Source: a virus. From it: a DNA stretch of 45,669 nucleotides. The position numbers and the translations under genes are program-made. The stretch is taken from IMG/VR virus record IMGVR_UViG_3300031416_000018, positions 1 to 45,669 of that record, one strand, 5' to 3'. Under the pieces are notes generated by a model that worked only from the letters and a program-made list of their open reading frames with translations, was not told the DNA's origin and did not search any database. This document shows, in pieces, positions 7,782 through 15,588 of this stretch (position 1 is the first letter of the stretch; every line of letters starts with the position of its first letter).

Positions 7782-8305
7782 ATACAAAAATAGATTGCAT
7801 CATTGGAATAGATCCGGGAGCCTCAGGAGGTATTACGGTTTATAGACCAAACAATAAAGAGGTTTCAATAAAGAATCCCAAAAATATATCTGATTTACGG
7901 GAATATCTGGATTATTACAAAGGTATTTCAAGCCCTTTAGTTTTCCTGGAGAAAGTACAATTTCATAAAGAGGATGCAGCGTCAGGAAAAACATTTGGGA
8001 TTGAGAAGTTAGTCAGGAATTTCGAGCAACTGAAAACAACTATAGAGGTGATGGATATACCTTTTATTTTAGTGCATCCTATAACCTGGCAAAGTAGATT
8101 AAACATAAGGCTTAAAAAAGAGGAAAAAGCCGCCAGAAAAAAGAGATATAAAGAACTCGCACAACGGTACTATCCAGACTTAAAAGCAACTATGTATAAT
8201 TGTGATGCGACATTGATCATGCATTTTGGCCGATGGGCTTTAAGAAATGATGTTAAATGGATTATGGAAAATTTACCTCAAAGAAATCATGATAAATTAT
8301 TTTAA
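7778..8305 (+). CDS. RuvC-like Holliday junction resolvase
   Basis: N-terminal IIGIDPGASGG (RuvC catalytic Asp motif), VFLEKV (Glu), CDATLIMHFG (C-terminal Asp). Confidence 0.65.
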   Translation: MNTKIDCIIGIDPGASGGITVYRPNNKEVSIKNPKNISDLREYLDYYKGISSPLVFLEKVQFHKEDAASGKTFGIEKLVRNFEQLKTTIEVMDIPFILVHPITWQSRLNIRLKKEEKAARKKRYKELAQRYYPDLKATMYNCDATLIMHFGRWALRNDVKWIMENLPQRNHDKLF

Positions 8306-9550
8306 ATGGAAAAGTTAAAAATAGGCACCGTTTGTAGTGGTATAGGATCACCAGAAATGGCATTAAAAAATTTGGGTGTGGATCATGAAATATCTTTTGC
8401 ATGTGAAATTGATAAATATGCTAGAAAATCATATTTAGAAAACTTCATGCCTAATCTAATGATTAACGACATGACCAAACAAAAATGGGAAAATAATAAT
8501 TTGTATTCTGATATTTTTATTGGTGGGATTCCTTGCCAGGCGTTTAGTTTGGCCGGTAAACGATTGGGAGAATTAGACCCTAGGGGGTTGTTATTTTTTG
8601 ATTTTTATAGGTATGTTGATAATCAAAGACCTAAATATTTTATTATTGAAAATGTAAAAGGTTTGTTAAGTATGGATAGAGGCAGAGTATTTCAAAATTG
8701 GAAAGATCTTTTAGGTAGAAGTGAAAACGGTATTGAGTATTTTTTTAAAAATCCGGATTCTTTAAATTACAACTTACATTGGCAAGTATTGAACACAAAA
8801 GATTACGGATTGCCTCAAAATAGAGAACGTGTTTTTTTAATAGGAATAAGAGAAGATTTACCAAATGATTTTATTTTCCCAAAAAAGAAAATATTAAAAT
8901 TGAGATTGAAACATGTATTAGAAAAGGAAGTTGATGAAAAATATTATTTGAGTGATAAAATGATAAATTATTTAGTTTCACAACAAGACAAAAGAGCAAA
9001 TAAATTTACTGATGTTGAATATAAAAATATTGCTAATTGTATTACTTCAAATTATTCAAAACAATCAACTGACTGCGAGTATATAATTGGAGCAATGAGA
9101 GGTAGAAATCCAGACAATCCAAAGGCAAGAGTTCCCGGACAATCGCACCAACAAATGTTGGAAATTAATGAAAATGGAATATCAAATTGTTTGTCAACTG
9201 TTCAAAAGGATAATCTGGTTATTGAATTTGATTTTCCAAAAGTAGAGTATCAATTAACAGGTGGTAAATGGGATAAAACACATGAACAATCAGGCAGAGT
9301 ATATAGTAAAAATGGAATTGCACCAACTATTCACACTATGGGAGGTGGAAATCAAGAACCAAAAATTTCAGAGGGTATAAATGTTAGAAAATTAACCCCT
9401 TTGGAGTGTTTCCGTTTGCAAGGTTATTCAGATGATTTTTTTCATAAATGCAAAAATGTTAATTCTGACACCCAATTGTATAAACAGGCAGGGAACACAA
9501 TTAGTGTTCCAGTCATTCAAGCAATTTTAAAGAATATTTTAAAAATATGA
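8306..9550 (+). CDS. DNA (cytosine-5)-methyltransferase, orphan
   Basis: Motif I GTVCSGIGSPE, IV GGIPCQAFSLAG, VI ENVKGL, VIII QNRERVFLIG, X GNTISVPV, all in canonical order. Confidence 0.95.
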   Translation: MEKLKIGTVCSGIGSPEMALKNLGVDHEISFACEIDKYARKSYLENFMPNLMINDMTKQKWENNNLYSDIFIGGIPCQAFSLAGKRLGELDPRGLLFFDFYRYVDNQRPKYFIIENVKGLLSMDRGRVFQNWKDLLGRSENGIEYFFKNPDSLNYNLHWQVLNTKDYGLPQNRERVFLIGIREDLPNDFIFPKKKILKLRLKHVLEKEVDEKYYLSDKMINYLVSQQDKRANKFTDVEYKNIANCITSNYSKQSTDCEYIIGAMRGRNPDNPKARVPGQSHQQMLEINENGISNCLSTVQKDNLVIEFDFPKVEYQLTGGKWDKTHEQSGRVYSKNGIAPTIHTMGGGNQEPKISEGINVRKLTPLECFRLQGYSDDFFHKCKNVNSDTQLYKQAGNTISVPVIQAILKNILKI

Positions 9551-9747
9551 TCATGGAGAATGATAAAAAAGATGTAGAAACGTTAACCTTAAAAGATTTT
9601 ATTATTCTGGTAAAAGAAATGAGATTTAACCAAAGGCGTTTTAGAAAATCATCAAAACAGGCTATAAAGGAAACTTTGGAACCTTTGGAAATTGAGGTTG
9701 ATGATTTGGTTGCACGGTATTTAGAAAGACAATCTAAATTATTTTAA
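9547..9747 (+). CDS. Hypothetical protein (66 aa)
   Basis: ATGA overlap with the methyltransferase stop. Confidence 0.6.
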   Translation: MIMENDKKDVETLTLKDFIILVKEMRFNQRRFRKSSKQAIKETLEPLEIEVDDLVARYLERQSKLF

Positions 9748-9765
9748 TAAAAATATAATAAATCT

Positions 9766-9826
9766 TTTGGTAGTTTAAATAAAAGTTATATATTTGACAA
9801 AACAAAACGATGTGGCGTTTTCCACA
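9766..9826 (+). promoter_or_regulatory. Early promoter-leader cassette P3: TTTG(9766)-N19-TATATTTG(9789-9796), CAAAACAA (9798-9805), hairpin TGTGG-CGTTTT-CCACA (9811-9826)
   Basis: Consensus promoter; the hairpin stem differs from other copies but stays paired. Confidence 0.8.
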
Positions 9827-9847
9827 AAACAATAAAAATTCAATACA

Positions 9848-10054
9848 ATGACAACATCAGGAATGAAAATTTGTCTAAATCAAAACAATAATAATTTTTC
9901 AATTAGTGATAATGAAAATGAGTTAAGTTTTGTTTTTAGTGATCACTTAAATAAATATTTGGTCATTTTCAATAGCAAGGTAATGGCAAGTTCTAAAACG
10001 ATTAATTGGCCATTTATAAAATTCAATCAATTAAAAGAAAAGTATAATCTATAA
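9848..10054 (+). CDS. Hypothetical protein (68 aa), first gene of the P3 unit
   Basis: ATG about 20 nt after the leader hairpin. Confidence 0.55.
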   Translation: MTTSGMKICLNQNNNNFSISDNENELSFVFSDHLNKYLVIFNSKVMASSKTINWPFIKFNQLKEKYNL

Positions 10055-10065
10055 AAAAATAAATC

Positions 10066-11418
10066 ATGCACATTAAAAAGCTAGAATTGTTAAATTTCAA
10101 CGGAATAGAATCATTTAATTCCGAATTTACCGGGGGAATATATTTCCTAACAGGTGATAACGAGGTTGGAAAGTCAACTTTATTAAATGCAATAGGCACT
10201 TTATTAGATGGCAAAAGGGGTGAGGTTTTGAAAAATGGTGAGGAAAAAGGTTTTGCTAAAATGGTAATAGGCGATGATCAAAAAGAATATGAAGTTGATT
10301 TAAAGTTTAGTAAGGCAAACCCACGCGGAACACTTTCAATAAAATCTGATGATGGGATGAAGTCCGAAAACGTTAGTATGCTACAAAAGATTTTCGGGTA
10401 TACGGATTTTGATGCTGTAGAGTTTTCCAGATGGTCTGAAACCGTGGAAGGTAGACGTAAGCAAATCAAAGTTGTTAAATCTTTACTTTCTGATGATATT
10501 CAAAAAAGGATCGATGAAATTGATTTAGATGTTGAGAAAAAAAAGGAGGTTAGAAAGGATCTAAATTCAGAGGTAAAAACATATACTGCAATAGTTAAAA
10601 ACGCAGCCGTTGGACTAAAGCAGGAAGATATAAAAACCTATTCGAAAAAGATTGAAATTGATGCCTTAATGCAAAAGCAATCCGAAAACGCTCAACTAAT
10701 TGAAAAAGCAAAAACGGTTCGCACTTCATTGGCTCAAAGGATTCAACAATTGGAAGATATTCCACAAAGAAAAATAAAAATAGCAACTGATTTTGAAGAA
10801 TTTGAAAAAGATCTTTTAGATAAAATTGCAGAGGCAAAAGAAAAAGCCGAAAAAGAATTAGCATTTATTGATAATGAAAGATTGGATTTTGAAACTAAAA
10901 AAACAAATGCTGAAAAATGGTTAGAAGCTTATGAGGCTAATAACCCAGAAAAAACAAATATTGCTGAACAGCTAAAAGAAGCCCAGGAACATAATGAAAA
11001 ACACACTAAGGTGTTTGACTATGTTACTAAGAAAAAAGAATTAACAAGCGTTGAAGCAAAGGCGAAAACATATGATGATGATATTGCAGCATTGTTGGCA
11101 GAACGTGAAACAATTATTTCTACCTCATCATTACCAATTGAGGGATTAACATTCACTGAGGATGGATTAGAATTAAAAGGAATCCCGTTCGTACCTGGTA
11201 AAGTTTCCGATTCACAAATTATGGAAGTTGCTTTAAAATTAACTGTAGCCGTAAATAAAAATGCTAAAATAGTCAAAGTTGCCAGAGGTGAAAGTTTAGG
11301 CGCGGCCAGGTTACAAGAAATCATAAACTTTGCTAAAAAAGAAGGCTTCCAGGGATTCATTGAGAATGTTGTTAGAGGCCAACAGGAATTGAGAGTTGAG
11401 GAATATATTGAAAAATAA
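10066..11418 (+). CDS. SMC/SbcC/RecF-like AAA ATPase with long coiled coil
   Basis: N-terminal KLELLNFNG...LTGDNEVGKSTLLNAI (Walker A); central heptad-rich region; C-terminal VSDSQIMEVALKL (signature-like) and IVKVARGESLG. Confidence 0.7.
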   Translation: MHIKKLELLNFNGIESFNSEFTGGIYFLTGDNEVGKSTLLNAIGTLLDGKRGEVLKNGEEKGFAKMVIGDDQKEYEVDLKFSKANPRGTLSIKSDDGMKSENVSMLQKIFGYTDFDAVEFSRWSETVEGRRKQIKVVKSLLSDDIQKRIDEIDLDVEKKKEVRKDLNSEVKTYTAIVKNAAVGLKQEDIKTYSKKIEIDALMQKQSENAQLIEKAKTVRTSLAQRIQQLEDIPQRKIKIATDFEEFEKDLLDKIAEAKEKAEKELAFIDNERLDFETKKTNAEKWLEAYEANNPEKTNIAEQLKEAQEHNEKHTKVFDYVTKKKELTSVEAKAKTYDDDIAALLAERETIISTSSLPIEGLTFTEDGLELKGIPFVPGKVSDSQIMEVALKLTVAVNKNAKIVKVARGESLGAARLQEIINFAKKEGFQGFIENVVRGQQELRVEEYIEK

Positions 11419-11846
11419 TGATCAATCAAAAAATCCAAATAGGCAGCATAGATAAAAACGGTAATTTGGCAATGTACATGCAAGAACTAAACGAGTTCTT
11501 TGCTAAAAATAAAAGTTCCAAAGTAATATGCCAATTTACCGTTTTAAAAAAAGATGCATCCGAGGCGATAAAAGGATATTATTTCCTTTCTGTAGTGCCT
11601 CAGTTTAAGAAGGCTATTTACGAAAGTGGCGATGTAAAGACCCATGAACAAACAGATTTATTTTTACGCAGTTTGTCACCAATTACGCGGGAGGAATTTA
11701 TTGACCCATCGACCGGAAAGTACGAACACAGGATCAAAGAAATAAACGAACTTTCTAACCCTGAATTAGTCGATCACATTGAATATTTAAAACAGATTGC
11801 CGCTGAGGAATACGGCATGTTTATCGAAGACCCAAAACAATTTTAA
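11418..11846 (+). CDS. Hypothetical protein (142 aa)
   Basis: TAATG overlap with the ATPase gene. Confidence 0.6.
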   Translation: MINQKIQIGSIDKNGNLAMYMQELNEFFAKNKSSKVICQFTVLKKDASEAIKGYYFLSVVPQFKKAIYESGDVKTHEQTDLFLRSLSPITREEFIDPSTGKYEHRIKEINELSNPELVDHIEYLKQIAAEEYGMFIEDPKQF

Positions 11847-11849
11847 ATC

Positions 11850-12131
11850 ATGGAAAAGAAAAACGGAGATAAATCCATAAATCCACAAATCCAAAGTAAC
11901 ACTAATAAAGATCATTTACTATCTGAAATATGGCACGATGAAAAAAACCAAGGATTAACAAAAAGAGAATATTTTTCCGGGCTTTTTATTCAGGGTATTT
12001 TATCCTCTCAAACCGAATTAAGAGCAAACGGAAATGATAACCATACTTTTGGCGGATCAGTTGAAAATATAGTTACAGAGGCTTTAATAATTACAGACGA
12101 ACTTTTAAAACAATTAGAAAAACAATTATGA
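11850..12131 (+). CDS. Hypothetical protein (93 aa)
   Basis: Tightly packed ATG ORF. Confidence 0.6.
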   Translation: MEKKNGDKSINPQIQSNTNKDHLLSEIWHDEKNQGLTKREYFSGLFIQGILSSQTELRANGNDNHTFGGSVENIVTEALIITDELLKQLEKQL

Positions 12132-12340
12132 ATAAAAACGAAATTCTAACAGATGATAGCTTAATGCCTACAGGTAAATATAAAGGTGATAAAATGGAAA
12201 CGGTCCAGGCCTGGTATTTACTTTGGTTGTACGATCAAAACATGTGCCCTCAAAACGTAAAGGATTATATTGATGATAATCGGCAGGTTTTGGAGAAACA
12301 AAATGATGATGAAAGCAAGTATAAACACAAAAAATATTAA
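12128..12340 (+). CDS. DUF3820-like small protein
   Basis: MPTGKYKGDKMETVQAWYLLWL resembles the MPFGKYKG....YL.WL motif of DUF3820, a domain often attached to exonucleases. Confidence 0.5.
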   Translation: MNKNEILTDDSLMPTGKYKGDKMETVQAWYLLWLYDQNMCPQNVKDYIDDNRQVLEKQNDDESKYKHKKY

Positions 12341-12342
12341 TT

Positions 12343-12939
12343 ATGTACTCAATAGATCAAGTTTTATGTTTCGATGCTGAAACAACCGGATTACCTGAAA
12401 AGGGACATAAATACGAAACACATTTTATGCAGTTCCCGGACATTGTTTCCCTGGCATGGAGTTTAGGCGGTATAAATAGATTTTATATTATTAGGCCAAA
12501 CGGTTGGGAAATTCCAGAAGCTGCAACAAATATACACGGTATCACAACTGAAATGGCATTAGAAAAAGGTGAAGACATTGAAATCGTATTGGAGCAATTT
12601 TATTTGGATGCATTATCAGCACCTTTAATTTGCGCCCATAACATTTATTTTGATACATCAGTGATAAAAGCTAACACATTAAAGTATATGGGTCAAACAT
12701 ATTACAATGATGTTTCTGAGCCTGCATTAAGTAAAGAAAAGCGTATAGATACGATGATGAAGACAATTAAATTTGTAGGTGCTTTAAAAGCTAATGGAAC
12801 GCCTGGTAAATTTCCAAAACTGGAGGAACTTTATGATAAATTATTTCCAGGTGAAAAATTTGTTGCTCATGACGCATTGGAAGATGTAGGCGCTTTGAAA
12901 CGATGTTTACCTGAATTAGTTAAATTAGGAATAATTTAA
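12343..12939 (+). CDS. DnaQ-like DEDDh 3'-5' exonuclease
   Basis: ExoI CFDAETTGL, ExoII AHNIYFDTSVI, ExoIII HDALEDVGAL. Confidence 0.85.
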   Translation: MYSIDQVLCFDAETTGLPEKGHKYETHFMQFPDIVSLAWSLGGINRFYIIRPNGWEIPEAATNIHGITTEMALEKGEDIEIVLEQFYLDALSAPLICAHNIYFDTSVIKANTLKYMGQTYYNDVSEPALSKEKRIDTMMKTIKFVGALKANGTPGKFPKLEELYDKLFPGEKFVAHDALEDVGALKRCLPELVKLGII

Positions 12940-13170
12940 TTAAATCAAAAAGATTATTCCGAACAAACCAAAGTAGATTTCAAAAAAACCTCATCAAAGC
13001 CAATTATTAAAGATTCCATTATATTTGATGATCCAAATCCAATTGTTGTTGCAGATACAACGCAGATGGATGATTTTATAGATGGAATAAAAGAATTTGG
13101 CCTAAGTATTAAACAGGCAAAAGATGCCTTACAATATAAAAATCCATTATTAGGAGAAAACGATTTTTAA
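12940..13170 (+). other. 76 stop-free codons in the same frame as, and immediately after, the exonuclease TAA. Candidates: read-through extension, split gene, or a 34-aa ATG ORF (13066..13170)
   Basis: Translated by hand: LNQKDYSEQTKVDFKK...QMDDFIDGIKEFGLSIKQAKDALQYKNPLLGENDF*. The only ATG is at 13066 and there is no GTG/TTG start upstream. Confidence 0.45.
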
Positions 13171-13199
13171 ATAATATATTAACATTAAAAACAAACATT

Positions 13200-13961
13200 A
13201 TGTCAAACAAAACAATGTCTATTCCAACGAAAAATCAGTTCTCATTATCCAAAGTTAAATTAGTTAGTGACGGTGGTTTAATTGTTCACTATGAAGTAAC
13301 TGAGGTTGTAAGTGATCAAGCTTACAGCAATAAATTTCATGTAGAAAGCGCAAAAGATGTGCATCCAGACATGAAAAAATTATTTGATAATTTACGCCCG
13401 GTATTAGGTCGTGTGTTTCATTTGATTTCTTTCCAGTCATTATTGGCAACGCCTGGATTTAAAGCTACTAAAGCCCAAAAAGAATTGGGAGATAGTTACA
13501 CTAGCAAAGTTTTAGATAATATTGAAGCCCGTGGCGTTTCATTTTCTGGCCAGGATGATAACATTGCGGTAATTATTACGGGTTTAATGACAGTAGGTAA
13601 TGGTCAAAAAACAGCTATAAATACACCTCGCATTAAATTCAATAGTGAAACATATGGATTTGAGGAGGAATTAGAAAACATCGTTGATGAAATTGAAAGT
13701 GAGGTTTACGAGTTTTTATTTAATGGTAAAAAAGCGCAATTAGAACTTTTCGGAGCAAACAATGAGCCCGCTATCGATGATGAAAAAGAAGATGAGCACA
13801 CATTATTTGATGAGGATGTAAATGAAGAAAATGACGGTATTTCGGATGATGATGTTTTTCTAGCTTTAGAATCTGAGGATGAGGACCAGGCTATTGATGA
13901 AGATTCAGAAGTTGATCCCCTGGAGGATTCAGATATTATTATTGATGAAGATGAGGAATAA
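13200..13961 (+). CDS. Hypothetical protein with an extremely acidic C-terminal tail
   Basis: In the last 67 residues I count 34 D/E and a single K (…DDEKEDEHTLFDEDVNEENDG…IIIDEDEE). Confidence 0.7.
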   Translation: MSNKTMSIPTKNQFSLSKVKLVSDGGLIVHYEVTEVVSDQAYSNKFHVESAKDVHPDMKKLFDNLRPVLGRVFHLISFQSLLATPGFKATKAQKELGDSYTSKVLDNIEARGVSFSGQDDNIAVIITGLMTVGNGQKTAINTPRIKFNSETYGFEEELENIVDEIESEVYEFLFNGKKAQLELFGANNEPAIDDEKEDEHTLFDEDVNEENDGISDDDVFLALESEDEDQAIDEDSEVDPLEDSDIIIDEDEE

Positions 13962-14419
13962 TGTTCCATATCGAAACATCAGAGGAATTTAATACAATCA
14001 TGCAAAGGGGGTTCAACCCCCTTTTTAATCCTATTTTTACGATTGACATTAAATTAAGGATTCAAATACAACATCAAATATTCGGAAATTCTTTAATAAG
14101 TAAGGGTGATATTCCAAAGGCGAATGAAAAATTTTACAAATACATGTGGCAATATAAACCACATTATTGCGAGGAATGTTTGAAGCCATTACGTAATTAT
14201 TCATCTGTATTTATTTCCCATATATTGAGCCGGGGATCATCGCCTGAAATGGCTCACGATGTTAGAAATATCAACATTCTTTGCATGGATCACCACAATC
14301 AATGGGAAACCGGAAAACGAGAAACAATGCGTATCTATCCATGTAATTTAAAAATTATAAAAACTCTAAAAACAGAATATGCGAATGAAAAAAAACACAA
14401 TTCGGAGATCAACGGCTGA
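13961..14419 (+). CDS. HNH endonuclease
   Basis: CEECLKPL...ISHILSRGSSPEMAHDVRNINILCMDHHNQWE (Cys pair plus H-N-H core). Confidence 0.6.
   Translation: MFHIETSEEFNTIMQRGFNPLFNPIFTIDIKLRIQIQHQIFGNSLISKGDIPKANEKFYKYMWQYKPHYCEECLKPLRNYSSVFISHILSRGSSPEMAHDVRNINILCMDHHNQWETGKRETMRIYPCNLKIIKTLKTEYANEKKHNSEING
14004..14026 (+). terminator. Terminator-like GC-rich hairpin inside the 5' end of the HNH ORF
   Basis: AAAGGGGG-ttcaa-CCCCCTTT followed by TT; 8-bp stem in an AT-rich genome. Confidence 0.4.
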
Positions 14420-14735
14420 TTCAACATTTTTTGGAATGATATCAAAGAATTCAATTAAAAAAGATTTTAAAGATTCAGGAATTAAAAAAGAAGTGGACCA
14501 ACCGCCACAAATGGGAGCCGAAAGGCGTATTATAGGCATATCTGAAAGATCAGATTATTATAAATATAAATACCTCATCGTTGGTAAATTAGTTAAAATA
14601 GTTGATCAATCATCCATCGGATTCAATACATATACTTGCAGCTTTGTATTTGATGAGGATAGGAAAGCTTTAAATAGGGCCTTGGGATATTCAGAAAAAC
14701 AACAATACCTTTTTGAGGGGATAAAATTTAAGTAA
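14379..14735 (+). CDS. Hypothetical protein (118 aa; alternative start ATG 14385)
   Basis: Overlaps the HNH 3' end; TAATG overlap with ssb. Confidence 0.55.
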   Translation: MRMKKNTIRRSTADSTFFGMISKNSIKKDFKDSGIKKEVDQPPQMGAERRIIGISERSDYYKYKYLIVGKLVKIVDQSSIGFNTYTCSFVFDEDRKALNRALGYSEKQQYLFEGIKFK

Positions 14736-15151
14736 TGAGTGTAAACAAAATAATATTATTAGGCTATCTGGGTAAAGATCCAGAAACTAAAACATTTTCA
14801 GACGGGGGACAGGTAACTAATTTTTCACTTGCAACAACTGAAAAAGGATTTACAACAAAAAGCGGTCAACAAATTCCAGATAGAACCCAATGGCATTATA
14901 TCCAGGTTAATGGCAAAATGTCAGAGGTTGCAGATAAGTATCTAAAAAAAGGATCTAAATTATATTTAGAGGGTATTGTGAGATATCGTAAATATACCGA
15001 CTCTAACAATGTTGAAAGACAAATTACGGAGATTCATGCAACAACATTTGATATGCTCACGCCTAAATCAGAGGGAGGCCAAACACCACCGGATAACAGA
15101 ACATCAAATGAAAGTCCTTTTTCTAGTGATGATGATGATTTACCATTTTAA
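14735..15151 (+). CDS. ssb: Single-stranded DNA-binding protein
   Basis: MSVNKIILLGYLGKDPE...W..I...GK.SEVADKYLKKGSKLYLEG OB-fold pattern and the canonical acidic tip DDDDLPF. Confidence 0.95.
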   Translation: MSVNKIILLGYLGKDPETKTFSDGGQVTNFSLATTEKGFTTKSGQQIPDRTQWHYIQVNGKMSEVADKYLKKGSKLYLEGIVRYRKYTDSNNVERQITEIHATTFDMLTPKSEGGQTPPDNRTSNESPFSSDDDDLPF

Positions 15152-15161
15152 TATTTAGGTT

Positions 15162-15461
15162 ATGAAATATGAAATAATAAAAGGATTAGACGGAAAGGCC
15201 CAAAGAGTTGATTTTAAAGAATACAAACCTTTGCCTAAAACGTCAGGACGGATTTTTCAATATCTAATTGAAAGAAAAAATAAAGAATGTCGTGTTGATT
15301 CAATTTGCCAATTCGTATACGGTGATAAATACAACATAACCAAAATAACAGGCTTTAACGCTCAGATATGTTTGAATATAAAACCTATGTGCGAAAGGTT
15401 GGGATATTCTTTAGTTAGAACTAAACATAAAATTAAACTTTTGACTAATGGAAAAGAATGA
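15162..15461 (+). CDS. Hypothetical protein, possibly an OmpR/PhoB-type winged-helix DNA-binding domain
   Basis: RIFQYLIERKNKECRVDSICQFVYGD...ICLNIKPMCERLGYSLVRT loosely follows the Trans_reg_C pattern. Confidence 0.4.
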   Translation: MKYEIIKGLDGKAQRVDFKEYKPLPKTSGRIFQYLIERKNKECRVDSICQFVYGDKYNITKITGFNAQICLNIKPMCERLGYSLVRTKHKIKLLTNGKE

Positions 15462-15588
15462 AAAAAATTACATCAAATGGACCGCTATAGGTTCAGCAAT
15501 TCTATTATTTGTTTTAATAATATCTTTGCTATTGTTAGGGTTTTTCATCGGCTTATTAACTCTTAAACTTTTAGGATATGCAATATAG
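15448..15588 (+). CDS. Unlisted 46-aa single-TM protein
   Basis: Hand translation: MEKNEKNYIKWTAIGSAILLFVLIISLLLLGFFIGLLTLKLLGYAI*. It bridges the gap between its neighbours with short overlaps. Confidence 0.45.
   Translation: MEKNEKNYIKWTAIGSAILLFVLIISLLLLGFFIGLLTLKLLGYAI

Noticed and set aside
11019-11483. 154-aa minus-strand ORF, and all other minus-strand ORFs in the track (e.g. 909-1100, 1405-1665, 3670-3876, 4034-4261, 5279-5473, 5623-5892, 6274-6474, 10023-10214, 10278-10469, 10595-10864, 13264-13449, 13706-13969, 19841-20068, 21837-22043, 23004-23480, 25936-26187, 27823-28118, 30332-30550, 31383-31607, 34466-36259, 37978-38178, 40158-40346, 43380-43741, 45303-45536)
   Set aside because: Each lies antisense inside a well-supported + strand gene and has low-complexity Ser/Phe/Leu-rich translations typical of antisense reading of an AT-rich coding strand. 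None has its own promoter/terminator context. The whole genome is otherwise unidirectional.
12937-12939. Genome-wide stop-codon reassignment as the explanation for the in-frame TAA events
   Set aside because: All three stops terminate well-supported genes exactly where expected: TAA ends ssb at DDDDLPF, TGA ends the methyltransferase, and TAG ends terL. Global recoding is therefore unlikely, and only local read-through or a mutation remains possible.
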